Of a stretch of DNA of 64,000 nt, positions 25,714-32,972 are shown one piece after another. The notes beneath the pieces are model-generated. The model saw only the letters and a program-made list of their open reading frames with translations. It was not told the origin of the DNA and did not search any database. Every line of letters begins with the position of its first letter. Positions within the stretch are counted from its first letter, which is position 1. The stretch is taken from the IMG/VR virus record IMGVR_UViG_3300028888_000009; one strand, 5' to 3'. The DNA is from an uncultured virus (IMG/VR IMGVR_UViG_3300028888_000009). Its lineage: Duplodnaviria > Heunggongvirae > Uroviricota > Caudoviricetes. Position numbers and translations under genes: made by a program.

Positions 25714-26712
25714 ATGTTACAAGTTATCAATTATTCGGACAAGGCTGTCGCCCTCATCGGTGACACAAAAGAGATTAAGGACACCTTAAAGGCTATGGGC
25801 GGAAAGTTCAACCCGCGTTTGTCCTGCGGGGCTGGTTGGATATTCTCAGCCAAGAAGCGCGACGACCTTCAACGCCTCATCACAACGGGCGAAGCACCAA
25901 CAGCAAAGCCAGTTGAGCAAAAGAATGTGCCTGCGGTGTATTGCGGCACCTATCACAAATACAACTGCGGCAGCATCGCGGGGGCATGGGTGAGGATAAC
26001 CGACTACGCCAACGGAGAGGAAGTAATGAAAGCCTGCGCAAAGATACACAAGGACGAGGCAAATCCCGAATTCATGTTTCAAGATTACGAAAACTTTCCG
26101 CAATGGTTCTACGGCGAGACGATGAACGCGAAAGACTTCGACAATATCCTTGCATGGTGGAAGGAGGAACAAGCCAAGCCACAAGAGAAGGCGGACGCAC
26201 TTATAGAGGAATACGCGAAGGAGATGGGAGGCGATGACTATTGGAGGAAGAAGAACGACAAAGTTATCCGCATGAGCAATGGCGGTTTGATGGGCTTTGA
26301 GAAAGGCAGCATTAAGACCCGTTTCTGCTTTCACGATGAAGGACCGGACTACGAGTTTTATTGCAAGCTCACAAGCGACGACAACAAGCTGAAAGACTAC
26401 TTCTTTAGTGAGAACCTTTGCGGCTACGATGATGCAATCAAGGCATTGACCGAGAACGACACCCCGCACGACTGGCGGCTTTATCAAGAATACGAAGGCA
26501 GGAATGTTTGGACTTATGGCGACTTCAACAGCTCAAACTTCTACTATCAGCAAAGACGCGAAAAGGCTGTGCCTATGACCGCAGGCGACAAGGCGGCAAT
26601 CGTTAAGGCTTTGAGAGAACGCAGGGAGAAGATGCAAAAGAGGCTCGAAGCATGGTGGAAGCGTTACGGCAAGGATAAATTGTATATGTGGACTTATTGG
26701 GCGGATGCGTAA
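25714..26712 (+). CDS. ardA: ArdA-domain antirestriction fusion protein
   Basis: Start MLQVINYS. The central PAVYCGTYHKYNCGSIAGAWV...PEFMFQDYENFP is the ArdA N-terminal signature, flanked by extra N- and C-terminal domains. Confidence 0.75.
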   Translation: MLQVINYSDKAVALIGDTKEIKDTLKAMGGKFNPRLSCGAGWIFSAKKRDDLQRLITTGEAPTAKPVEQKNVPAVYCGTYHKYNCGSIAGAWVRITDYANGEEVMKACAKIHKDEANPEFMFQDYENFPQWFYGETMNAKDFDNILAWWKEEQAKPQEKADALIEEYAKEMGGDDYWRKKNDKVIRMSNGGLMGFEKGSIKTRFCFHDEGPDYEFYCKLTSDDNKLKDYFFSENLCGYDDAIKALTENDTPHDWRLYQEYEGRNVWTYGDFNSSNFYYQQRREKAVPMTAGDKAAIVKALRERREKMQKRLEAWWKRYGKDKLYMWTYWADA

Positions 26713-26809
26713 TCCGCCCGCGTCGTCAGGGCGACGATAAACAGACCTCAAGCCCTGAGCGTCACCCCTTCTGGGGTGGGTGGTATTAACAACTTAAACA
26801 CACAACACC

Positions 26810-27022
26810 ATGAACGAGATTAAATTTAATGCTGCGTGCGAATACACGCGTGAACACCTTAACCAGTTAGACAAACAGCTCCCAAACGGATATGATGTTT
26901 ACGGGGCTGTTTACAACTTAATGGAAGAATGGAGCTACGACAATGGATTTGGCGAAAACGAATGGTTGGAATGGGGAGACGAAGACGATGTATTACTTAA
27001 AATTGGGAGGGCAGGACGATGA
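26810..27022 (+). CDS. Hypothetical acidic early protein
   Basis: 70 aa with an A-rich leader; ends ...RAGR. Confidence 0.6.
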   Translation: MNEIKFNAACEYTREHLNQLDKQLPNGYDVYGAVYNLMEEWSYDNGFGENEWLEWGDEDDVLLKIGRAGR

Positions 27023-27225
27023 AGAAATTAGAAAGATTTGAACTTGAAAAGCACGCCCTTGAAATAATGGAAGGGTACAACTACACAACCGATGCGGCAT
27101 TGCTGATGGACATACAAAAAGATTTGTATTGGGAAATCGGTTTTCCGACATCGTGGAAAGAATGGGAAACCTTTGAAAGCTATATCAATGTAATGATTAA
27201 CGCAATAGAAAGGGCAGGACGATGA
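27019..27225 (+). CDS. Hypothetical acidic early protein
   Basis: 68 aa, ATGA-coupled; also ends ...RAGR. Confidence 0.6.
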   Translation: MKKLERFELEKHALEIMEGYNYTTDAALLMDIQKDLYWEIGFPTSWKEWETFESYINVMINAIERAGR

Positions 27226-27386
27226 AAAAGATAAACATTTGGACGATTGTAGCCCTGTTGGGCTTGTTCCTTTCAATCTGCACGGCAGACGGAAGCAACG
27301 GAGAGATAGGGCTGAGGGCTTGCGGTGTCGTATGCTTCGGCATAGGCGCAAAGATGGCGGGATGGATGAGGCGAGAGAAAGAATAA
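27222..27386 (+). CDS. Small two-TM membrane protein
   Basis: Translated by hand: MKKINIWTIVALLGLFLSICTADGSNGEIGLRACGVVCFGIGAKMAGWMRREKE; ATGA-coupled. Confidence 0.6.
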   Translation: MKKINIWTIVALLGLFLSICTADGSNGEIGLRACGVVCFGIGAKMAGWMRREKE

Positions 27387-27387
27387 A

Positions 27388-27436
27388 GGGTGAGAGGTCG
27401 AAAGCCTTCGGGGTGTGTGCAACGCCACCCCACCCG
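27388..27436 (+). ncRNA. Mini tRNA-like element (closing stem, one hairpin, T-arm-like hairpin)
   Basis: GGGTG/CACCC closing stem, GAGGT-CGAAA-GCCTT hairpin, GGGTG(T)G-TGCAACG-CCACCC hairpin; intergenic. Confidence 0.35.
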
Positions 27437-27462
27437 CACTAACCAATTAAAACAAATCAATC

Positions 27463-27630
27463 ATGACGACACAAGTAAAAGCATTTCGAATAAGGTTCAC
27501 AAACCCGAATACAAACCCGATGGGGCTTGAGCAGCTTGCAAGCGAGAAACTTGTAAGCGAAGACCTTGTACCAGTTTACAAGAAGCAATTCAATGTATTA
27601 TCAATTCAAGAGGAAACAATAAACATTTAA
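27463..27630 (+). CDS. Hypothetical early protein
   Basis: 55-aa ORF (MTTQVKAFRIRF...) after an A-rich leader. Confidence 0.5.
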   Translation: MTTQVKAFRIRFTNPNTNPMGLEQLASEKLVSEDLVPVYKKQFNVLSIQEETINI

Positions 27631-27641
27631 ATCTTATAACA

Positions 27642-27926
27642 ATGAAAGCACTTGACAACCTTTATTCCGCATTGAAGGATGCAGGCGGCAGGCGCAAAGC
27701 CTTCAAGATGCAACCTATCAAACTTACCGATAGGCAGAAAGAAATCCTCAAAGAGTGCAAAAACGGCTACAATAAGGGCATTTTGCTTGACATCGAAGCC
27801 TACGACATCATTAGAGGAAGAAACACGCCAATAAACGCCATTAAGGTCGTTTGGCGGCTCACACCAACAACTGGGATGATGCACTACTACACACACGAAG
27901 AATTTAGAATGATTCTTAATTTATAA
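27642..27926 (+). CDS. Hypothetical early protein
   Basis: 94-aa ORF in the operon. Confidence 0.55.
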   Translation: MKALDNLYSALKDAGGRRKAFKMQPIKLTDRQKEILKECKNGYNKGILLDIEAYDIIRGRNTPINAIKVVWRLTPTTGMMHYYTHEEFRMILNL

Positions 27927-27982
27927 TTCAATACTTTTGCAAACTAAAAGTTGCGCACGACACGAATTAAGTGCATATTACA

Positions 27983-28369
27983 ATGAAGACACAACAAGAA
28001 ATAAAGGAAATGAAAGAGGCAATGAAGCCGTTTTGGGATAACATTGGTGCAAAGGCTAAAAGAAATGAAGAAACCGACAAGAGACTGCAAGCCTTCTGCC
28101 TTGAGCCTTGCGACATCCACACTTACGAGCGCAAGCCTATCAACGAGCATTGTGACTTTATCCGATTTACCTTTGACGGGAATGAATGTATTGCCGTTGA
28201 ATGGGATGATGGAGTTGTTTACACACCGACCGATTGGCAAGCATCTTGGGAGCATTTTGACCCATTTAAGAACGAGGATGATGACCTTGCCGCAATAGAT
28301 TGGATGGACTGCAATATGTCAAGAGCCATTATGATTAACGGATTGCCTCACTCACTTATAACTCATTGA
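27983..28369 (+). CDS. Hypothetical early protein
   Basis: Start MKTQQEI; 128 aa. Confidence 0.6.
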   Translation: MKTQQEIKEMKEAMKPFWDNIGAKAKRNEETDKRLQAFCLEPCDIHTYERKPINEHCDFIRFTFDGNECIAVEWDDGVVYTPTDWQASWEHFDPFKNEDDDLAAIDWMDCNMSRAIMINGLPHSLITH

Positions 28370-28372
28370 CCT

Positions 28373-28543
28373 ATGGCAAAGACATTATCATTGATGCAGA
28401 TGCTCCGTATGGGTTACTACGGAGAGCATTACGACCACTATGCCTACATCTTTGACAAGACCAGCACTAAAGTGGCAGAGTACGAATGGAGTTACTATGT
28501 AAAGGTGCGTAATGCGTACCACAAAGAGATGAGAGGATATTGA
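28373..28543 (+). CDS. Hypothetical early protein
   Basis: 56-aa ORF (MAKTLSLMQ...) filling the gap exactly. Confidence 0.5.
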   Translation: MAKTLSLMQMLRMGYYGEHYDHYAYIFDKTSTKVAEYEWSYYVKVRNAYHKEMRGY

Positions 28544-28544
28544 T

Positions 28545-28745
28545 ATGATTGATGAGAGAGCGAAAGTAGACCTCCGAGCCATAACGAGGAAGAAGATGGA
28601 GGAAAATATGTGGAATCAAGTTGAGCTGGCAAAGCTGCTTGGCACGACCAAGAGCGTTGTCAACGGATGGCTTCACGGCAGACACGACCTATCCCAAGAG
28701 AAGATTGAAAGGCTTCTGCAAATCCTTGAAGCCAAGTTTGATTGA
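28545..28745 (+). CDS. XRE-family HTH regulator
   Basis: NQVELAKLLGTTKSVVNGWLHG. Confidence 0.8.
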   Translation: MIDERAKVDLRAITRKKMEENMWNQVELAKLLGTTKSVVNGWLHGRHDLSQEKIERLLQILEAKFD

Positions 28746-28797
28746 ATTTCTACTATGGTAGATAATAGTCCGTGTGTGTAAAGTTGTTGCGGACTTT

Positions 28798-28829
28798 GGC
28801 GGCATCCTTCGGGGTGTCGCCTTTTTTTT
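28798..28829 (+). terminator. Intrinsic terminator
   Basis: GGCGGCATCC-TTCG-GGGTGTCGCC followed by T8, between convergent genes. Confidence 0.9.
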
Positions 28830-28833
28830 GTGC

Positions 28834-30132
28834 CTATTCCAGCATTTCCACCAACTCCTTCGCCATGTCATCGTCTATGTCGCGGTAACGAGCGAAGGCA
28901 CGGCTATTCTCCTTGTGTCCGCTCAACTTGCCAACGAGGTTAGGGTCTTTGACCTTCTTGTAGAGGTTTCCGATGAATGTGCGCCTTGCCATGTGGCTGC
29001 TTGCCACCTCGTTGATGGGTCGCTTGACCTCCTGCCTTGTCTTTGGGTCAAGGATGGTGACGAGGCGAGTTATCCCTGCAAGTTTAAGCATCTCCTTGAT
29101 GTCCTCGTTGTATTGCTGCTGGGCAACGAAGGGAAACAATCGTGGGTCGCCATTGTCCTTGTATTTGTCAACGAGAGCCTTTGCCTGCTTGTTGAGAGGC
29201 ACACGGACAGTTATCGGTCTGCCCTCTTTGGTCTTTCGTGGGATATATTCAACGGCATTGTTGATGATGCTTGCCTTGGTCATTGCCCAGAGGTCGGATA
29301 CACGGCAACCGATGAGGCATTGGAACACGAATATATCCCTTTGGATCGTGAGTCGTGGAGGCAGCTCTGCCGCAGCGAGGGTGTTGCGCTCCTCTATCGT
29401 GAGGTAGAATGGTGTTCCGTATTGCTCCGTGCCGATGGAGAAGCGGTCAAATGGGTTGTTGTGAGTCAGCGGCTCAATAGACCATTGCTTTGACAAGCCG
29501 TTTGCCCAGCGGATGAAGGAGCGCAGTCGTTTAAGCCGCCTTGATGCCGTGTTAGGAGAGTTGCCGAGGTCTTGTATAAGGAACTTGTTGAAGTCGTGCA
29601 GTGTGTCAATGGTAAGTCCATCAAGGGTGAGTGTCATTCCCTTTGCAGCCTCGTATCGTCTAAGTTGGTTGACCATTGATGCGTATTGCTTCCTTGTCTC
29701 ATCGCTCACCCTCAGCCGCTCATCGGCTACATACCTTTGGTAGATGTCGCACAAAGTGTCTGCCGACACGACACGACCATTGATGATGCTATCCAGCCAT
29801 CCCTTTGGTGGTGTGCGTTTCTCCATCAGTAGTTGGTCGTATGCCTTGCCGACCATCATATCAATCTCCACAAGCCTTTGTTTGGCTTCCGTGAGCATTT
29901 GTTTCAGTTGTATTGCCTGCTCATCGGTGTAACTAATCTTGGGGATGACGATGCCGTTTTCCCATGTCATCTTCTTGTTGCCGTTCTTGTCAATGAAATG
30001 CAGAGGCACGAATATGTTGGTCTTTGCATACTGGTCTATACCTCCGGTATGCAGGCGAGCCATGACCTCGTACACTATTATGCGCTCCGTGATGATGCGT
30101 TGCTTCTTTGATAGACGATAAGTGACTTTCAT
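28834..30132 (-). CDS. int: Tyrosine integrase (Bacteroidota type)
   Basis: GCRVSDL, KTK, SHMARRTF, LSGH and RYR catalytic motifs (R-K-H-R-H-Y); SAM-like middle domain. Confidence 0.93.
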   Translation of the reverse strand: MKVTYRLSKKQRIITERIIVYEVMARLHTGGIDQYAKTNIFVPLHFIDKNGNKKMTWENGIVIPKISYTDEQAIQLKQMLTEAKQRLVEIDMMVGKAYDQLLMEKRTPPKGWLDSIINGRVVSADTLCDIYQRYVADERLRVSDETRKQYASMVNQLRRYEAAKGMTLTLDGLTIDTLHDFNKFLIQDLGNSPNTASRRLKRLRSFIRWANGLSKQWSIEPLTHNNPFDRFSIGTEQYGTPFYLTIEERNTLAAAELPPRLTIQRDIFVFQCLIGCRVSDLWAMTKASIINNAVEYIPRKTKEGRPITVRVPLNKQAKALVDKYKDNGDPRLFPFVAQQQYNEDIKEMLKLAGITRLVTILDPKTRQEVKRPINEVASSHMARRTFIGNLYKKVKDPNLVGKLSGHKENSRAFARYRDIDDDMAKELVEMLE

Positions 30133-30140
30133 GATGTGAT

Positions 30141-30357
30141 AATTTCCCCCAAAATTCCCCCAAACTTACGAAATCTAATGAAAACTATTGAAGCCTACTG
30201 AAAGGCTTGTTCGTTGGATATTAGGGTTTTAGTTTGTAATTAGATGTATTTACTTTTAATTCAATAAAACCTGCGGGTTCACAACCAAAATCTATCGTGA
30301 CTGATAATCAATAAGTTGCGGTGGTTTTTTGTTTTCCTTCCTCCGTCATTTCCCCCA
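30141..30357. other. Putative intact attP
   Basis: TTCCCCCA arm-like direct repeats at 30144, 30155 and 30350 flank a tRNA-3'-end-like core CCTGCGGGTTCACAA (30270-30284) and a hairpin; adjacent to the int 5' end. Confidence 0.5.
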
Positions 30358-30693
30358 TTAAATTACATTGAACAGGCTCAAGTATGCCAAAACGATAAGG
30401 ATTGGCGCGGCTATGAGAGACAGCGCAGCACCCACTTTGTCGGGTATTGGAATCATTGAAGCGACAAGAGAACATCCAGCAAAGGCAAGCGGATACCACC
30501 ATTTGGGCATAAACCAAAAGCCGAGAACGAAAAACGCGATGAGTGCCGTTGTGCAGATGGCAAGAACAATTTGAGCAAATGGTGTGTTCATCACTCTGCC
30601 GACATCGGAACGACCTCTGCCAGCGACCCTTTGCAGGCAAACGATCAAAAGCCATGCAAAGCAATAGTAATACAAATAAGGTAATTTGAACAT
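30358..30693 (-). CDS. Four-TM membrane protein (possible lysogeny/superinfection-exclusion gene)
   Basis: Four hydrophobic segments; directly downstream of the repressor. Confidence 0.5.
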   Translation of the reverse strand: MFKLPYLYYYCFAWLLIVCLQRVAGRGRSDVGRVMNTPFAQIVLAICTTALIAFFVLGFWFMPKWWYPLAFAGCSLVASMIPIPDKVGAALSLIAAPILIVLAYLSLFNVI

Positions 30694-30729
30694 AATTTTA
30701 ATGTGTTAGTTTCCATTCGTTTATGTTAA

Positions 30730-31098
30730 TTACACGGCATCCGACACTTTTTTGGGTTGTTCGTAGGCTTGAAGCCGTTCTTTAAGCATCGCTATCGTGG
30801 TATTCAGGCTGTCGATGGTCTGCACAAGCGTGTTGTTTAAAACGTTTCCAAATTGCATCTGAACCGCATTCACACCCTTCTTCATCTCGCCCTCGCCCCT
30901 CAATAGCCATTCTGCCGAGAGTTCTGGGTAAGCAGAAAGGATAAGAACTATTGTACTTATTGAAACACCCCTACCATCCTCTTTCAACTGCTTGTTTAGT
31001 GTTTCTTGGAGCATTCCAATCTTAATAGAAAAGGCTCTAATAGACAAACCTTCTTTTTCTCTAAACTCATTAACTCGTTGTGTCACAATCTCTTCCAT
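30730..31098 (-). CDS. CI-like HTH repressor
   Basis: LSIRAFSIKIGMLQETLNKQL HTH plus AEWLLRGEGEM; divergent from the cro-like gene; no S24 peptidase domain visible. Confidence 0.8.
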   Translation of the reverse strand: MEEIVTQRVNEFREKEGLSIRAFSIKIGMLQETLNKQLKEDGRGVSISTIVLILSAYPELSAEWLLRGEGEMKKGVNAVQMQFGNVLNNTLVQTIDSLNTTIAMLKERLQAYEQPKKVSDAV

Positions 31099-31116
31099 AA
31101 CTTTACCCTTTCTTTC

Positions 31117-31201
31117 TTATTTAGACTGATTATAAATTAGACCTTTTGTTCATATTTTCTTCAAAAAGTTCTTGCGGGTAAGAATATTTGTTCTAACTTT
31201 G
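31117..31201. promoter_or_regulatory. Genetic-switch region with a palindrome and a rightward -7 box
   Basis: TTATTTAGACTGATTATAAATTA (31117-31139); AGAATA-TT-TGTTCT (31181-31194); TAACTTTG (31194-31201). Confidence 0.65.
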
Positions 31202-31244
31202 CAGCCGATAAACAAATAAATCAACCGCAAATATACGAAAGAAA

Positions 31245-31436
31245 ATGGAATTTCAAACCATTGACACAAAAAGCCTAATCAGGCAGATGGAGAAAGGGCA
31301 GTCGCTCCAATTTCCGTTGGAGAGAATGTATGTCATCCGTCAGTATGCCTACGAGCTTGGTATGCTGATGGTCAGAGAATACCATACTGCGATTGATAAG
31401 GAAAAGAAAATTATTGAGGTAACGCGCACAGCGTAA
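31245..31436 (+). CDS. Cro-like small DNA-binding protein
   Basis: 63 aa, first gene of the rightward operon, divergent from the repressor. Confidence 0.55.
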   Translation: MEFQTIDTKSLIRQMEKGQSLQFPLERMYVIRQYAYELGMLMVREYHTAIDKEKKIIEVTRTA

Positions 31437-31479
31437 CCTTGACAATAGCAGGGTGGCGCACTCATCCGACCGCCTCCCC

Positions 31480-31553
31480 AAGCATATAGGATGCAGCCGT
31501 GAAATTCGGCAATGTCGAGAAGATGGAAGCAGGTGCAACTCCTGCTTAGCTTA
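31480..31553 (+). ncRNA. Degenerate tRNA-like element A
   Basis: T-arm-like GCAGG-TGCAACT-CCTGC; partial acceptor AAGC.../...GCTT-A; 74 nt; internal GCCG-TGAAATT-CGGC hairpin. Confidence 0.4.
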
Positions 31554-31640
31554 CGGAAGGCATTAGTGATGAACGCGAATGAAGCGGAGAGACAAGGGTG
31601 GCTGCCCCCTCGGAGAAGATGCACCTTTTATTTTTATGAT

Positions 31641-31782
31641 TTCGGTGTAGTTTAATCAACTGGTAAAACAACACTGCAACTTGGTAAAATCTCTTCAAGT
31701 ACGGGGTATGCGAACAAGAACGAAACTCAGCGGAAAGAAGTTCAAGACAGATGCTTTGCAGGTTCGAATCCTGTCACCGAAA
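31641..31782 (+). ncRNA. tRNA-like element B with a hugely extended anticodon region
   Basis: Acceptor TTCGGTG/CACCGAA+A; TA linker; D-arm GTTT-AATCAACTGGTA-AAAC; T-arm GCAGG-TTCGAAT-CCTGT; about 87 nt between the D- and T-arms. Confidence 0.75.
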
Positions 31783-31920
31783 CACAAACCGCCCGCCAAG
31801 GCCAGCCTTCAAGGTCTTAGGAATGGTACAGCGGGCAACAACATAGATCACACTAACGATACGTTTGCTTGGCCAGTGTGATAGCGTTCCGCAGGTGCGC
31901 GATAGATAATCCTGCTGGTC

Positions 31921-31996
31921 TGCCGTGTAACGGAATGATTGGCTACTGGGGTGTCCTCGATGGCTCTTCATGCTGGTTCGACTCCAGCCACGGCAA
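31921..31996 (+). ncRNA. tRNA-like element C (no canonical D or anticodon arms)
   Basis: Acceptor TGCCGTG/CACGGCA+A; T-arm GCTGG-TTCGACT-CCAGC; the interior is a single long hairpin GGCTA-C-TGGGG-TGT-CCTCG-A-TGGCT. Confidence 0.7.
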
Positions 31997-32039
31997 CGCT
32001 AATTTTTTTCATAGCATAACCGTTTATTCATAATCTTTT

Positions 32040-32108
32040 ACCGCATTGAACCGAAACGCAGCCGTGAGGCTCCACAAGTCGGATGGGTATGGAGGCAATG
32101 CGGTTTTT
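32040..32108 (+). terminator. Multibranch stem-loop followed by a T run (terminator/attenuator-like)
   Basis: ACCGCATTG...CAATGCGGT-TTTT enclosing AGCC-GTGA-GGCT. Confidence 0.5.
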
Positions 32109-32211
32109 AAGGCGATTTTTTTCATTTACCATTACGAGTATTATAGTATTCAAATGCGTTTGGAACTCCTCCATGCCCTTTTTCATTGAACACATCTAAA
32201 ACATTATAGTC

Positions 32212-32385
32212 ATGGAAGAAGCCATTGTAAAGTTAATCAAAGTAACAGCCTTCCACATGAAAGGCTTGTATCAGTACGGCAGCAATGCCGAATGTGTTGT
32301 ATCCGACATCCTCGCAGATGCCTCCCTTGCAGTTCACCCAGAAGCAAGGGAAGAACTCAACAATTATTTCAGTCAATTAAATTAA
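32212..32385 (+). CDS. Hypothetical protein
   Basis: 57-aa ORF (MEEAIVKLIK...) translated by hand. Confidence 0.45.
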   Translation: MEEAIVKLIKVTAFHMKGLYQYGSNAECVVSDILADASLAVHPEAREELNNYFSQLN

Positions 32386-32391
32386 GTAGTA

Positions 32392-32556
32392 ATGAAAGCA
32401 AGACATTTCATTGGCGGTTTCATAGCCATCGTTGGAGTGACCGCAGCAGTTAGTGTATGCGATGGCTCGGCATACGAAATGCTCATCCGTGGCATCGGTA
32501 CAACTATGGTACTCGTTGGTGCATTGATTATCAATCTAAAAAGAAAGAGAGCATGA
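32392..32556 (+). CDS. Small two-TM membrane protein
   Basis: MKARHFIGGFIAIVGVTAAVSVCDGSAYEMLIRGIGTTMVLVGALIINLKRKRA. Confidence 0.6.
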   Translation: MKARHFIGGFIAIVGVTAAVSVCDGSAYEMLIRGIGTTMVLVGALIINLKRKRA

Positions 32557-32717
32557 TAAGGATTGACATATTTGAAGAAGGCCGTTTCATCGGTCAGCTC
32601 AAAATCAAGGATAGATGGCACGGCATCGTGCCTATTGATGAAGAAGAAGTACGCAATGAGATAGAAACAAGGCTACCTACCTTGCGCAAGTCAAAATACC
32701 ACATTGCATTCGCTTGA
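32553..32717 (+). CDS. Hypothetical protein
   Basis: MIRIDIFEEGRFIGQL...; ATGA-coupled. Confidence 0.6.
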   Translation: MIRIDIFEEGRFIGQLKIKDRWHGIVPIDEEEVRNEIETRLPTLRKSKYHIAFA

Positions 32718-32764
32718 GTGTTGTTTTTCATAATTGATAGTTTTTCGCGCCTTCGGGCGCACTT

Positions 32765-32876
32765 AGGGTAGGCGAAACGCGACGCAGAGCCGTGTTAGGC
32801 AGGCACATGGTTAACCAGCCTTGGTAGGAACAACCGAGGTTTCCGAGTGTGTATGGTTCGATTCCATCCTACCCTG
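32765..32876 (+). ncRNA. tRNA-like element D with a multibranch interior
   Basis: Acceptor AGGGTAG/CTACCCT+G; T-arm ATGG-TTCGATT-CCAT; interior hairpins include GCC-GTGTTA-GGC and GCCTTGGT-AGGAACA-ACCGAGGT. Confidence 0.7.
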
Positions 32877-32972
32877 CAAGTCGGGAAGTGACCGACCGGA
32901 AAGGGTGTTTCATTACTTTCAATTCATTCATGTTTGTTGTGGCAGGTCTGCAATGGCCTGCCCTTTTCTCTT

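Noticed and set aside
26699..26783. Hammerhead ribozyme (CTGACGA on the minus strand; alternative hairpins)
   Set aside because: No GAAA core after stem II, and it is antisense to the operon; treated as an ordinary intergenic structure.
31557..31630. Hammerhead-like TGATGA...GAGA
   Set aside because: The core deviates (GTGATGA, GAGA) and stems I and III cannot be built.
31641..31782. tmRNA or group I intron-containing tRNA
   Set aside because: No GGGG/G3-U70 Ala acceptor or tag ORF, and the insert is far too short for a self-splicing intron.
31921..31996. Canonical tRNA gene
   Set aside because: No D-stem and no 7-nt anticodon loop can be drawn, so it is reported as tRNA-like instead.
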